From IMG/VR virus record IMGVR_UViG_2563366840_000007, positions 1 to 19,454 of that record: a stretch of 19,454 bases of DNA; one strand, written 5' to 3'. The first letter of the stretch is position 1. The number at the start of each line of letters is the position of its first letter. Positions 1 to 9,892 of the stretch are shown here, piece after piece. The translations under genes and the position numbers were made by a program. The notes under the pieces are model-generated. The model was not told the origin of the DNA, made no database searches, and saw only the letters and a program-made list of their open reading frames with translations. The stretch is from a virus (Duplodnaviria; Heunggongvirae; Uroviricota; Caudoviricetes).

Positions 1-492
1 GCGGCACAGTTCAAAAATCTGCCGGAGGTCGGAAAGCTGAGACTCCCGGCGGCGTATGTGGTACCGGGTGATGACTCTCCGGGAGAAAACAAAAGCCAGA
101 CCGACTACTGGCAGGAGCTGAAAGAGGGCTTCTCCGTGGTTGTCATACTGAGTAACGGGCGTGATGAGCGCGGTCAGTTTGCTTCGTATGATGTGGTGGA
201 CGATGTCCGGCAGATGCTCTTTAAGGCCTTGCTGGGCTGGAACCCGGAAGCGTGCGGTAACCCGATTACCTATGACGGCGGCACGCTGCTGGATCTGAAT
301 CGTCATGAGCTGATTTATCAGTTCGATTTTTCGGTCATCAGCGAGCTGACCGAAGACGATACCCGCCAGCAGGATGACCTGAACAGTCTGGATGAACTGC
401 AAACGCTGGCGATTGATGTTGATTATCTCGATCCCGGTAACGGGCCTGACGGCGATATCGAACATCACACCGAAATAACCCTTCCTTCCTGA
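1..492 (+). CDS. Mu gp37-like tail/virion morphogenesis protein, 5'-partial (reading frame open from window start)
   Basis: Frame is open from position 1 with no stop before the track ORF at 58; it ends TGA 490-492 immediately before the next RBS; position just upstream of the sheath gene matches Mu-like late operons. Family assignment is from recall of the translated sequence. Confidence 0.5.
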   Translation, partial: AAQFKNLPEVGKLRLPAAYVVPGDDSPGENKSQTDYWQELKEGFSVVVILSNGRDERGQFASYDVVDDVRQMLFKALLGWNPEACGNPITYDGGTLLDLNRHELIYQFDFSVISELTEDDTRQQDDLNSLDELQTLAIDVDYLDPGNGPDGDIEHHTEITLPS

Positions 493-500
493 GGATCATC

Positions 501-611
501 ATGTTTGTCAAACCTGTTAAAGGGCGGTCAGTGCCTGACCCTGCCCGCGGCGACCTTTTGCCCGCCGAAGGGCGAAATGTTGACGAGAACAACTACTGGC
601 TGCGCCGTGAA
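501..611 (+). CDS. Small phage ORF upstream of sheath, apparently frameshifted (sense continues in the +1 frame to 672)
   Basis: ATG at 501 is preceded by GAGGA at 491-495. Frame 0 stops at 609-611 after 36 codons, but the +1 frame continues as ...LRREAAGDIRRVNKKVNTDDDKL to a TAA at 670-672, overlapping the sheath start. Too short for the ORF track. Confidence 0.35.
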
Positions 612-654
612 GCAGCGGGTGATATCCGGCGCGTGAATAAAAAGGTGAATACCG

Positions 655-2151
655 ATGACGATAAGCTTTAACACCATTCCGTCGAATACGCTGGTTCCGT
701 TGTTTTATGCGGAAATGGATAACCAGGCGGCGAATACTGCACAGGACAGCGGAGCATCGCTGCTGATTGGTCATGCCAATAACGGCGCAGAGATTGTTGC
801 CAACAGTCTGGTACTGATGCCGTCGGCAGACTATGCACGCCAGATTTGTGGTGCGGGAAGTCAGCTGGCGCGTATGGTCGAGGCTTATCGCCAGACCGAT
901 CCGTTTGGCGAGCTGTATGTGATTGCCGTTCCTGAATCCACAGGCGCGGCGGCAACAGTTACGCTGACGGTGACCGGGGCAGCAACCGAAACCGGCACGG
1001 TGAATGTTTATGTGGGACGTACCCGCGTGCAGGCACCGGTGACCAACGGCGATAACGTCGCGACGATTGCCAGCAGTATCCAGGATGCCATCAATGCCGT
1101 TCCGGCCCTGCCGTTTACGGCCTCATCTTCGGCTGGTGTGGTTACATTGACCGCTCGCCATAAGGGGCTTTGCGGGAATGAAATTCCTGTCAGCCTCAAT
1201 TACTACGGCTTCGGTGGGGGCGAAGTGCTGCCAGCGGGCGTACAGATTGCCGTGGCGACGGGGACCGCCGGAACGGGCGCTCCGGTTCTCACCGGCGCGG
1301 TGGCTGCAATGGCGGATGAGCCGTTTGATTATATCGGTCTGCCGTTCAACGACACGGCCTCTGTTAACACGCTGGTGACCGAGATGAACGATACCAGCGG
1401 TCGCTGGAGCTATGCGCGTCAGCTGTATGGTCATGTGTATACGGCAAAGGCCGGCACACTGTCAGAACTGGTGAACGCAGGTGACCAGTTTAACCAGCAG
1501 CACATTACCCTGGCGGGATACGAAAAAGAGACCCAGACGCCTGCCGACGAGCTGGCGGCAAGCCGTACCGCCCGCGCAGCGGTGTTTATCCGCAACGATC
1601 CGGCACGTCCCACGCAGACCGGTGAGCTGGTGGGTATGCTGCCTGCGCCGAAGGGGAAACGGTTCACGATGACCGAACAACAGACCCTGCTGTCTCATGG
1701 CGTGGCAACGGCGTATGTCGAAAGCGGGGTGCTGCGCATTCAGCGTGATGTCACCACGTACAGGAAAAACGCTTACGGTGTTGCGGATAACAGCTACCTC
1801 GACAGCGAGACGCTGCATACCAGCGCGTATGTGCTGCGCAAACTGAAATCCGTCATTACCAGTAAGTACGGGCGTCACAAGCTTGCCAGCGACGGTACCC
1901 GCTTTGGTCCCGGTCAGGCGATTGTCACACCGGCGGTGATCAAAGGGGAACTGCTGGCAACCTACCGTCAGCTTGAGCGTGCGGGGATCGTGGAAAACTA
2001 CGAACTGTTTAAGCAGTACCTGGTTGTGGAGCGTGATGCCAGCGATCCGAACCGCCTGAACACGCTGTTCCCGCCTGACTATGTTAACCAGTTGCGTGTC
2101 TTTGCCGTGGTTAACCAGTTCCGTCTTCAGTATTCAGAGGAGTCTGCATAA
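655..2151 (+). CDS. Contractile tail sheath protein (Mu gpL-like)
   Basis: 498-aa ORF; AAGGTG RBS at 644-649 precedes ATG 655; size and position (directly before tube gene) are typical of sheath; translated sequence recognised as sheath family. Confidence 0.9.
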   Translation: MTISFNTIPSNTLVPLFYAEMDNQAANTAQDSGASLLIGHANNGAEIVANSLVLMPSADYARQICGAGSQLARMVEAYRQTDPFGELYVIAVPESTGAAATVTLTVTGAATETGTVNVYVGRTRVQAPVTNGDNVATIASSIQDAINAVPALPFTASSSAGVVTLTARHKGLCGNEIPVSLNYYGFGGGEVLPAGVQIAVATGTAGTGAPVLTGAVAAMADEPFDYIGLPFNDTASVNTLVTEMNDTSGRWSYARQLYGHVYTAKAGTLSELVNAGDQFNQQHITLAGYEKETQTPADELAASRTARAAVFIRNDPARPTQTGELVGMLPAPKGKRFTMTEQQTLLSHGVATAYVESGVLRIQRDVTTYRKNAYGVADNSYLDSETLHTSAYVLRKLKSVITSKYGRHKLASDGTRFGPGQAIVTPAVIKGELLATYRQLERAGIVENYELFKQYLVVERDASDPNRLNTLFPPDYVNQLRVFAVVNQFRLQYSEESA

Positions 2152-2507
2152 TGGCCCGTATCGGGGGAACCTGTTATTTCAAAATTGACGGTCAGCAGCT
2201 ATCGCTGACCGGCGGCATTGAGGTGCCCATGAACAGGACGGTCAATGATGACATCATCGGCCTGGACGGTTCAGTGGACCGCAAGGAAACTCACCGTGCG
2301 CCCTATGTCAAAGGGACCTTCAAGGTGCCGAAGAATTTTCCGGTGAGCAAAATCACCTCGTCTGATGAGATGACCATCACTGCCGAGCTGGCGAACGGTC
2401 AGGTCTATGTACTGTCGTCTGCCTGGCTGCACGGCGAAGCGAACCATAATGCCGAAGAAGGCACGGTTGATCTTGAGTTCCACGGTGAAGAAGGGGATTA
2501 CCAGTGA
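2151..2507 (+). CDS. Tail tube protein (Mu gpM-like)
   Basis: 118-aa ORF; ATG overlaps the sheath stop (TAATG); GAGGAG RBS upstream; sheath-tube order. Confidence 0.85.
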   Translation: MARIGGTCYFKIDGQQLSLTGGIEVPMNRTVNDDIIGLDGSVDRKETHRAPYVKGTFKVPKNFPVSKITSSDEMTITAELANGQVYVLSSAWLHGEANHNAEEGTVDLEFHGEEGDYQ

Positions 2508-2827
2508 TTGAGCTTGTACTTAAAAAACCGATCATCGCCCACAAAGAAACACTGCATGTGCTGGAAATACGTGAGCCTACGTATGACGAGATTGAGGCGC
2601 TGGGGTTCCCTTTCTCTGTTTCACCTGATGGTGGTATGAAAATGGACAGTCAGGTAGCGCTGAAATATATCCCGCTTCTGGCCGGGATCCCGCGCTCGTC
2701 TGCAGCGCAGATGACGAAGCTGGATATTTTCAAGGCAGGCATGATTGTAATGCGTTTTTTTACCGGCTTGGAGACGGAAGAGACCTCCGGAAGCGATTCT
2801 ACAATGTCGCGTGGTTCTGGAAATTAA
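2504..2827 (+). CDS. Tail assembly chaperone (G-like); probable -1 frameshift extension to 2919
   Basis: GTG start overlaps tube stop (GTGA); 107-aa ORF located between tube and tape measure genes, the conserved chaperone position. Confidence 0.7.
   Translation: MIELVLKKPIIAHKETLHVLEIREPTYDEIEALGFPFSVSPDGGMKMDSQVALKYIPLLAGIPRSSAAQMTKLDIFKAGMIVMRFFTGLETEETSGSDSTMSRGSGN
2755..2761 (+). other. Candidate -1 programmed frameshift slippery heptamer T_TTT_TTT
   Basis: Seven consecutive T in the X_XXY_YYZ register of the chaperone frame; the -1 frame is open from 2761 to a TGA at 2917-2919, overlapping the tape measure start. Confidence 0.4.
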
Positions 2828-2911
2828 ACCCCCTTGAACTTCGCCGGACGGCTATTTCCCACTTTGCTGATCTGGAGGCAGAGGCCGTCCGTATAAATGA
2901 GGAGATGAAGC

Positions 2912-4819
2912 ATGGCTGATAATTTTCAGCTGAAAGCCATCATCACCGCCGTTGACAGGCTGTCCGGCCCGCTTAAAGGTATGCAGCGTCAGCTTAAGGG
3001 GTTTCAGAAAGAAGTCTCCAGCCTTGCTCTGGGCGCTGCCGGGGCGGGTACTGCAATAATGGGGGCACTGGCACTCCCTGTAAAATCAGCCATCACCCTT
3101 GAATCGAAGATGGCTGATGTCCGCAAAGTGGTAGACGGTCTGGATACGCCGGATGCGTTTAAGGCCATGACGGAGCAGGTACGCGCTTTGTCTACTGAGC
3201 TTCCCATGTCTGCAGACGGGATCGCGGAAATTGTGGCGGCTGGCGGTCAGGCCGGGATTGCACGTGATGAACTGATGCAGTTTGCCACTGATGCGGTGAA
3301 GATGGGCGTGGCCTTTGATACCACGGCTGAAGAGTCCGGGCAGATGATGGCCCAGTGGCGTACTGCGTTTAATATGACGCAGGATGAAGTGGCCGGGCTG
3401 GCTGACAAAATCAACTACCTTGGTAATACCGGCCCGGCGAATGCGAAGAAAATCTCCGATATTGTTACGCGTATTGGTCCTTTAGGTGGTGTTGCAGGTG
3501 TGGCTTCCGGCGAAATCGCGGCAATGGGGGCAACCATTGCCGGGATGGGCGTGGAGTCAGAAATTGCCGCCACAGGGATCAAGAACTTCATGCTTTCCCT
3601 GACCGCGGGAAATTCCGCGACAAAATCGCAGAAACAGGCATTACGTTTTCTGCGGATCAATCCGAAGAAATTAGCTGCTGATATGCAGAAAGATGCCCGG
3701 GGAACCATGCTGTCTGTACTGGATGCGATGGCTAAAGTGCCCAAAGAAAAACAGGCAGCTGTGCTGAATGCCCTGTTCGGGAAAGAGTCTCTGGGCGCGA
3801 TAGCACCTCTGCTGACTAACCTTGATTTGTTGCGTACCAACTTCAGGCGGGTTGCGGATTCCCAGCAGTATGGCAGTTCGATGCAGAAGGAATATGCTTC
3901 GAGGGCAGCGACGACGGAAAACCAGCTTTTACTTCTGCAAAATCAACTTGATGCCATTTCTTCCACGCTGGGGGAAACGTTTCTTCCTGAGGTTAATGAT
4001 GGTCTTGAAGCGGTAAAACCGCTCCTTGAGGAAGTGAGAACGTTTGTCCGTGAAAACCCGGAGCTCGTTAAGACCATTGCTAAAATCGGTCTGGCCTTAC
4101 TGACGGTGGGAGCCGCTGCAGGCTCTTTGTCCAGAATTATGAAAGTTCTCGGCGGTGTGATGAATATGACGCCTGCTAAGGGGCTGATTGCTCTTCTGGT
4201 TGGTGGCGCTTACCTCATTATTGATAACTGGGAAACCGTAGGTCCTGTCATAAAAAAAGTCTGGCACGTGGTGGATGAAACGGCGCAGGCGATGGGGGGA
4301 TGGGAAACTGTTCTGAAAGCGATTGCCCTGTTTATGGCAACCAAATGGGTTGCTGACGTTACCAAATCCATTACCGCAGTGACCAGAGAGATGCGTACGC
4401 TGGGGAAGGTATCGGCAGAAACGGGATTGATGGGGAAAGGCCGCGGCTTTATCGGGAAGGCCGGGGTATATGGTTTTCTGGGAACCCTGATGTATGAGCC
4501 GGTTAAAGATACTCTGGAAAGTGTTGTTCCTGAAGATACGGTTAACTGGCTGGATAATAAAGGGCTGTTTCTGGCTTCAGACTGGACGCCTTTTTTTGAT
4601 CGTAAAGAGTACGAGCAGTATCAGGCCAGCCTGAGTCAGTACAAACCCAATGTTCCGCTGTTGAATCCATCTTCTTCCATGACACAGCACAGCGAGCTGA
4701 AAGTCACGTTCGAGAATGCTCCGCCAGGTATGAAGATAATTGATGTACCGGGCAAAGCCGATCCCCTGATGAAAATCACGCACGATGTGGGGTATTCCCC
4801 TTTTCGTTTTCCACGATAA
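2912..4819 (+). CDS. Tail tape measure protein
   Basis: 635-aa ORF, Ala/Gly-rich and predicted helical N-terminal half, hydrophobic segment mid-protein; follows the chaperone pair; GAGGAG RBS upstream. Confidence 0.85.
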   Translation: MADNFQLKAIITAVDRLSGPLKGMQRQLKGFQKEVSSLALGAAGAGTAIMGALALPVKSAITLESKMADVRKVVDGLDTPDAFKAMTEQVRALSTELPMSADGIAEIVAAGGQAGIARDELMQFATDAVKMGVAFDTTAEESGQMMAQWRTAFNMTQDEVAGLADKINYLGNTGPANAKKISDIVTRIGPLGGVAGVASGEIAAMGATIAGMGVESEIAATGIKNFMLSLTAGNSATKSQKQALRFLRINPKKLAADMQKDARGTMLSVLDAMAKVPKEKQAAVLNALFGKESLGAIAPLLTNLDLLRTNFRRVADSQQYGSSMQKEYASRAATTENQLLLLQNQLDAISSTLGETFLPEVNDGLEAVKPLLEEVRTFVRENPELVKTIAKIGLALLTVGAAAGSLSRIMKVLGGVMNMTPAKGLIALLVGGAYLIIDNWETVGPVIKKVWHVVDETAQAMGGWETVLKAIALFMATKWVADVTKSITAVTREMRTLGKVSAETGLMGKGRGFIGKAGVYGFLGTLMYEPVKDTLESVVPEDTVNWLDNKGLFLASDWTPFFDRKEYEQYQASLSQYKPNVPLLNPSSSMTQHSELKVTFENAPPGMKIIDVPGKADPLMKITHDVGYSPFRFPR

Positions 4820-4843
4820 CGCAGTCCTTTTTGAGGTCAGTCT

Positions 4844-6220
4844 ATGGATTTATCCTCATTTCCCACCCGACCTTCATTACTTTCGTCGTCTTCAGGCTGG
4901 CGTGACAGACTTCAGGACGCGTCATTTCGCGGCGTGCCGTTTAAGGTTGAAGAAGAAAGTGCGGGAACCGGTCGCCGTGTGGAAACACATGAATACCCGA
5001 ACCGCGACAAGCCCTATACCGAAGATCTGGGAAAAGTCACTTTCCGCCCGTCCATCACAGCTTATGTGGTGGGAGATGACTGCTTTGACCAGCGCGATCG
5101 CCTGATTGAAGCGCTGAATAAACCCGGTCCCGGCAAGCTTGTCCACCCGACATATGGTGAGCTGAAAGTCTGTGTTGACGGGGAAGTTCGGGTCAGCACA
5201 TCGAAAAGTGAAGGGCGTATTGTCCGCTTTGACCTGAAGTTTGTCGAAGCAGGAGAACTCTCTTACCCCACATCAGGTGCGGCGACGGCGCAGACGCTGA
5301 TGTCATCCTGTTCTGCACTGGATGACTGCATCAGTGACAGTTTCAGTGGTTTCAGTATCGATGGCGTGGCGGATTTTGTGCAGAACGACGTCGTCGGTAA
5401 TGCCAGCACAATGCTTGGGTATGTTTCTGATGCGATGAAAGTGGTGGATTCTGCCGTATCGGATGCCGCCAGACTGTTGCAGGGGGATATCTCGGTACTT
5501 CTGCCGCCGCCATCGTCAGGCAAAAATTTCGTTGAGCAGGTGCAGAAAATGTGGCGTACCGGGAAGCGCCTTTATGGTAACGCCAGCGACCTGGTCACCA
5601 TGATCAAAACGCTTTCCGGTGTCAGCCTCGGCAGCGATCTGCAACCGCGCGGCGTCTGGAAAACGGACAGTAAAACCACCGCCACGGCGACGCAGCAGCG
5701 TAACGTGGTTGCCAGCACCCTTCGTACGACCGCAATCAGCGAAGCGGCGTATGCCGTCACCCGATTGCCTGCGCCAACAACTTCCGCGGTGATGCAGAAT
5801 TCCGCAGTGGGGCAGGCAACAACACCCGCGCAGAGCACTGGCTGGCCTTCCGTCACGCATCCGGCACTGAACAATGCACCGGCGGTGAAAAACACGGTTG
5901 ACCTGCCGACGTGGGAAGAACTGACTGACATTCGCGACACACTGAATACGGCAATTGATAAGGAGTTGTCCCGTACAACCAGCGATGCGCTGTTTCTGGC
6001 GCTGCGCCGGGTGAAAGCAGATCTGAATGCGGATATCAACACGCGCCTTGAACAGTCTGCACGGATCATTCAGCGCACACCGGATGAGGTTTTACCCGCG
6101 CTGGTGCTGGCGGCGACCTGGTTTGATAACGCGGCGCGTGACGCGGACATTATCCGGCGTAATGCCATTACGCATCCCGGCTTTGTGCCGGTGATCCCTC
6201 TGAAGGTGCCAGTGCAATGA
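4844..6220 (+). CDS. DNA circulation protein (Mu N / gp43-like)
   Basis: 458-aa ORF immediately after tape measure; GAGG RBS; position and size match Mu N homologues. Confidence 0.75.
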   Translation: MDLSSFPTRPSLLSSSSGWRDRLQDASFRGVPFKVEEESAGTGRRVETHEYPNRDKPYTEDLGKVTFRPSITAYVVGDDCFDQRDRLIEALNKPGPGKLVHPTYGELKVCVDGEVRVSTSKSEGRIVRFDLKFVEAGELSYPTSGAATAQTLMSSCSALDDCISDSFSGFSIDGVADFVQNDVVGNASTMLGYVSDAMKVVDSAVSDAARLLQGDISVLLPPPSSGKNFVEQVQKMWRTGKRLYGNASDLVTMIKTLSGVSLGSDLQPRGVWKTDSKTTATATQQRNVVASTLRTTAISEAAYAVTRLPAPTTSAVMQNSAVGQATTPAQSTGWPSVTHPALNNAPAVKNTVDLPTWEELTDIRDTLNTAIDKELSRTTSDALFLALRRVKADLNADINTRLEQSARIIQRTPDEVLPALVLAATWFDNAARDADIIRRNAITHPGFVPVIPLKVPVQ

Positions 6221-7296
6221 ACGACAATGTCACGCTACGGGTAAATGGCCGGGAGTGGAATGGCTGGACATCGGTGCGCATCGGTGCCGGTGTTGAACGG
6301 CTGGCGCGGGATTTCAGTGTGGAGATCACTCGCCAGTGGCCGGGAGATGAGGGTATCACCACGCTTCAGCCGCGCATTAGAAACGGTTCAAAAGTGGAAG
6401 TGCTGATTGGTGATGAGCTGGTGATCACCGGCTGGGTGGAGGCGACTCCCGTTCGTTACGATGCCCGTTCGGTCAGCACCGGTATTGCCGGACGTAGTCT
6501 GACGGCTGACCTGATTGACTGTGCAGCCGAACCGACACAGTTTAACGGACGCTCGCTGGTGCAGATTGCGCAGGCGCTTGCTGCGCCTTTCGGCATTGAG
6601 GTGGTGAACAGCGGTGCGCCGTCGGGTGTTATTCCTGATGTTCAGCCTGATCACGGTGAAACGGTGATTGAGGTAATCAACAAAATACTCGGTCAGCAGC
6701 AGGCACTGGCTTACGACGACCCGCACGGCAGGCTGGTGATTGGCGGTATTGGCTCAACGCGGGCACATACCGCGCTGGTACTCGGGGAAAACATCCTTTC
6801 CTGCGATACGGAGAAGAGTATCCGGGAGCGATTTTCTGTTTACCAGGTGGCGGGGCAGCGTGCCGGGAACGACGATGATTTCGGTGAGGCCACCACCACC
6901 GCGCTGCGGGCCCGCACAGAGGACGCATTTATTGCCCGTTACCGTCCGATGTATATCAGGCAGACAGGGCAGGCTACGGGGGCAGGTTGTATTGCCCGTG
7001 CGGACTTTGAAGCCCGACAACGGGCGGCGCGGACGGATGAAACCACCTATGTGGTGCAGGGCTGGCGACAGGGTAACGGTACGCTGTGGCAGCCCAACCA
7101 GCGGGTGATTGTCTTCGATCCGGTCTGTGGTTTCGACAATACCGAACTGCTTGTCTCGGAAGTCACGTTTACTCAGGACCAGAACGGCACCCTGACGGAA
7201 ATCCGTGTCGGCCCACCTGATGCTTATCTGCCTGAACCCGAAGCCCCCGGCGCGCGGAAAAAGAAAAAAGCCAGAGTACAGGAGGACCCGTTCTGA
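6217..7296 (+). CDS. Baseplate hub / tail protein (Mu P / gp44-like)
   Basis: 359-aa ORF; ATGA start/stop overlap with the upstream gene; conserved order N-P-spike. Confidence 0.75.
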   Translation: MNDNVTLRVNGREWNGWTSVRIGAGVERLARDFSVEITRQWPGDEGITTLQPRIRNGSKVEVLIGDELVITGWVEATPVRYDARSVSTGIAGRSLTADLIDCAAEPTQFNGRSLVQIAQALAAPFGIEVVNSGAPSGVIPDVQPDHGETVIEVINKILGQQQALAYDDPHGRLVIGGIGSTRAHTALVLGENILSCDTEKSIRERFSVYQVAGQRAGNDDDFGEATTTALRARTEDAFIARYRPMYIRQTGQATGAGCIARADFEARQRAARTDETTYVVQGWRQGNGTLWQPNQRVIVFDPVCGFDNTELLVSEVTFTQDQNGTLTEIRVGPPDAYLPEPEAPGARKKKKARVQEDPF

Positions 7297-7844
7297 TGAG
7301 GACGATTGAAGCCATGCAGCGACAACTTCTCGGCCTGATTGGGCGGGCAGTGGTGAAAAGCATCAGTGCCGCCACGAAATGTCAGACCGTGGATGTGTCC
7401 CTGATTGCCGGTGAACCCAAAGCCGGGGTTGAACATCTTGAACCCTACGGTTTTACCGCAAGGGCAAACAGCGGTGCGGAAGCGGTGGTGTTGTTTCCGG
7501 ATGGCGACCGTTCTCATGCGGTGGTTGTTACGGTGTCGGACCGGCGCTACCGCCTGAAAGGGCTGCAGACGGGTGAGGTGGCGGTCTATGACGATCAGGG
7601 GCAGTCCGTGACGCTGACCCGGGAGGGGATCGTGGTGGACGGTGCAGGTAAAACGATCACGTTTCGCAATTCACCTAAAGCACGTTTTGAAATGGACCTG
7701 GAAGTGACCGGACAGGTGAAAGACCTGTGCGACTCCACCGGCACCACCATGTCAGCGATGCGGCTTGCCTATAACGGGCATCGTCACAGAGAGAACGGTC
7801 AGGGCAGTAACACCGACAAACCTGATAAAGCGATGGAGGCATGA
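7296..7844 (+). CDS. Baseplate assembly protein V / spike (Mu gp45-like)
   Basis: 182-aa ORF; TGATG overlap with upstream gene; gpV-like size and position. Confidence 0.8.
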   Translation: MRTIEAMQRQLLGLIGRAVVKSISAATKCQTVDVSLIAGEPKAGVEHLEPYGFTARANSGAEAVVLFPDGDRSHAVVVTVSDRRYRLKGLQTGEVAVYDDQGQSVTLTREGIVVDGAGKTITFRNSPKARFEMDLEVTGQVKDLCDSTGTTMSAMRLAYNGHRHRENGQGSNTDKPDKAMEA

Positions 7845-8269
7845 TGGAACTGTGGCTGACGGTGAACGGTAAACGCACCTGCGCCAGCGCACCGCTGGAT
7901 CCGCTGACCCGCGCCGTGGTGATTTCCCTGTTTACCTGGCGGCGGGCGGAGCCTGATGACAACGCCGGCGTCCCGATGGGATGGTGGGGGGATACCTGGC
8001 CTGCGGTACAGAATGACCGTTACGGCTCCCGACTGTGGCTGCTTCAGCGCAGCAAACTGACCAATCAGCTGGTGCAGACGGTAAGGGGGTATATCCGCGA
8101 ATGCCTGCAATGGATGATTGATGACGGCGTGGTGTCCCGTATTGATCTGGATATCCGCCGCACCGGGATTAATGAACTGGGTAACAGTATCACTCTCTGG
8201 CGTCGTGACGGACCGGTAATGATTTCTTTTGATGATCTGTGGAGTGCGATAACGCATGGCGGACAGTGA
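7841..8269 (+). CDS. Baseplate protein, GP46 family (Mu gp46-like)
   Basis: 142-aa ORF coupled to neighbours; conserved position between spike and J-like wedge. Confidence 0.75.
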   Translation: MMELWLTVNGKRTCASAPLDPLTRAVVISLFTWRRAEPDDNAGVPMGWWGDTWPAVQNDRYGSRLWLLQRSKLTNQLVQTVRGYIRECLQWMIDDGVVSRIDLDIRRTGINELGNSITLWRRDGPVMISFDDLWSAITHGGQ

Positions 8270-9314
8270 ATTTCAGCGCCCGACGCTGGCAGAAAATATC
8301 AGTATGCTCCGTAACGATTTATTCGCCAGGCTGGACGTCAGCGACACGCTCCGGCGCATGGATGAAGACGTGCGGGCAAAGGTGTATGCGGCGGCGCTGC
8401 ATACGGTTTACGGTTACATCGATTATCTGGCAATGAACATGCTGCCTGACCTGTGCGATGTGTCCTGGCTGGCGCGACATGCTGCGATGAAACGGTGTCC
8501 GCGCAAGGGGGCCACGTCTGCCAGCGGGTATATGCGCTGGGAAGGTGTCAGCGATGGCCTGAAGGTGACCGCCGGGAGTGTTATTCAGCGCGATGACCTG
8601 GTTCAGTACACGGCAACTTCTGATGCAACCAGCTCCGGTGGTGTCCTGCGCGTGCCGATCGCCTGCTCAACTGCAGGCGCGGTCGGTAACGCTGACGACG
8701 GTATGGCATTAATCCTGGTCACGCCGGTGAATGGTCTGCCGTCTTCCGGTGTGGCAGATACCCTGACTGGCGGATTCGATACTGAAGATCTGGAAACGTG
8801 GCGCGCCCGCGTCATTGAGCGGTATTACTGGACGCCGCAGGGCGGGGCTGACGGGGACTATGTCGTCTGGGCTAAAGAAGTGCCCGGCATTACCCGCGCA
8901 TGGACATACCGTCACTGGATGGGAACGGGAACTGTCGGTGTGATGATTGCCAGCAGTGACCTGATTAATCCCATTCCGGAAGAATCAACGGAAACGGCGG
9001 CAAGGCAACATATCGGGCCACTGGCCCCGGTGGCAGGCTCTGATTTGTATGTGTTCAGGCCGGTGGCGCATAAAGTGGATTTTCATATCCACGTGACGCC
9101 GGACACACCGGAAATACGGGCTGCCATCACCGCGGAGTTGCGTTCATTCCTGCTGCGTGATGGTTATCCGCAGGGAGAGCTGAAGGTATCGCGTATCAGT
9201 GAAGCGATTTCCGGTGCGAACGGGGAATACAGCCATCAGTTGCTTGCCCCGGCGGACAATATCACCATTGCGAAAAATGAACTGGCGGTTCTGGGGACGA
9301 TTTCATGGACGTGA
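8256..9314 (+). CDS. Baseplate wedge J-like protein (Mu gp47-like)
   Basis: 352-aa ORF; overlaps neighbours on both sides; J-like size and position. Confidence 0.8.
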   Translation: MADSEFQRPTLAENISMLRNDLFARLDVSDTLRRMDEDVRAKVYAAALHTVYGYIDYLAMNMLPDLCDVSWLARHAAMKRCPRKGATSASGYMRWEGVSDGLKVTAGSVIQRDDLVQYTATSDATSSGGVLRVPIACSTAGAVGNADDGMALILVTPVNGLPSSGVADTLTGGFDTEDLETWRARVIERYYWTPQGGADGDYVVWAKEVPGITRAWTYRHWMGTGTVGVMIASSDLINPIPEESTETAARQHIGPLAPVAGSDLYVFRPVAHKVDFHIHVTPDTPEIRAAITAELRSFLLRDGYPQGELKVSRISEAISGANGEYSHQLLAPADNITIAKNELAVLGTISWT

Positions 9315-9889
9315 CAAACGATGATTACATCCGTCTGTTGTCGGCACTGCTGCCCCCTGGTCCGGCGTGGTCAGCCAGCGATCCGGCGATTGCCGGTGCA
9401 GCACCGTCATTAACCCGCGTTCATCTGCGTGCAGATGCCCTGATGCGGGAGCTGGATCCGCGCACCACCACCGAACTGATAAATCGCTGGGAGCGTCTGT
9501 GCGGCCTGCCGGATGAATGTATTCCCGCAGGGACACAGACCCTTCGCCAGCGTCAGCAACGGCTGGATGCGAAGGTTAATCTGGCGGGCGGCATCAATGA
9601 GGATTTTTACCTTGCACAGCTTGCTGCCCTGGGCAGACCAGACGCCACCATCACGCGATACGATAAAAGCACGTTCACCTGCTCATCGGCCTGTACTGAT
9701 GCAGTGAATGCGCCGGAATGGCGGTATTACTGGCAGGTCAACATGCCAGCCGCCACCAACACCACCTGGATGACATGTGGCGATCCCTGTGATTCCGCAC
9801 TGCGTATCTGGGGGGACACCGTTGTCGAGTGCGTGCTTAACAAACTCTGCCCGTCGCATACCTACGTAATTTTTAAATATCCGGAGTAA
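9305..9889 (+). CDS. Tail protein Mu gp48-like (DUF2313/YmfQ-like)
   Basis: 194-aa ORF directly upstream of the tail fibre gene, as in Mu and e14 (ymfQ position). Confidence 0.75.
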   Translation: MDVTNDDYIRLLSALLPPGPAWSASDPAIAGAAPSLTRVHLRADALMRELDPRTTTELINRWERLCGLPDECIPAGTQTLRQRQQRLDAKVNLAGGINEDFYLAQLAALGRPDATITRYDKSTFTCSSACTDAVNAPEWRYYWQVNMPAATNTTWMTCGDPCDSALRIWGDTVVECVLNKLCPSHTYVIFKYPE

Positions 9890-9892
9890 TCC

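Noticed and set aside
338-955. Three - strand track ORFs (338-592, 517-774, 668-955) antisense to the gp37-like and sheath genes
   Set aside because: They overlap well-supported + strand genes, lack ribosome-binding sites and have Arg/Pro/Ser-rich composition typical of antisense frames of GC-rich coding DNA.
4785-5105. + strand ORF of 106 aa spanning the tape measure / Mu N-like junction
   Set aside because: Out-of-frame overlap with the start of the 458-aa gene, which has a proper RBS and ATG at 4844.
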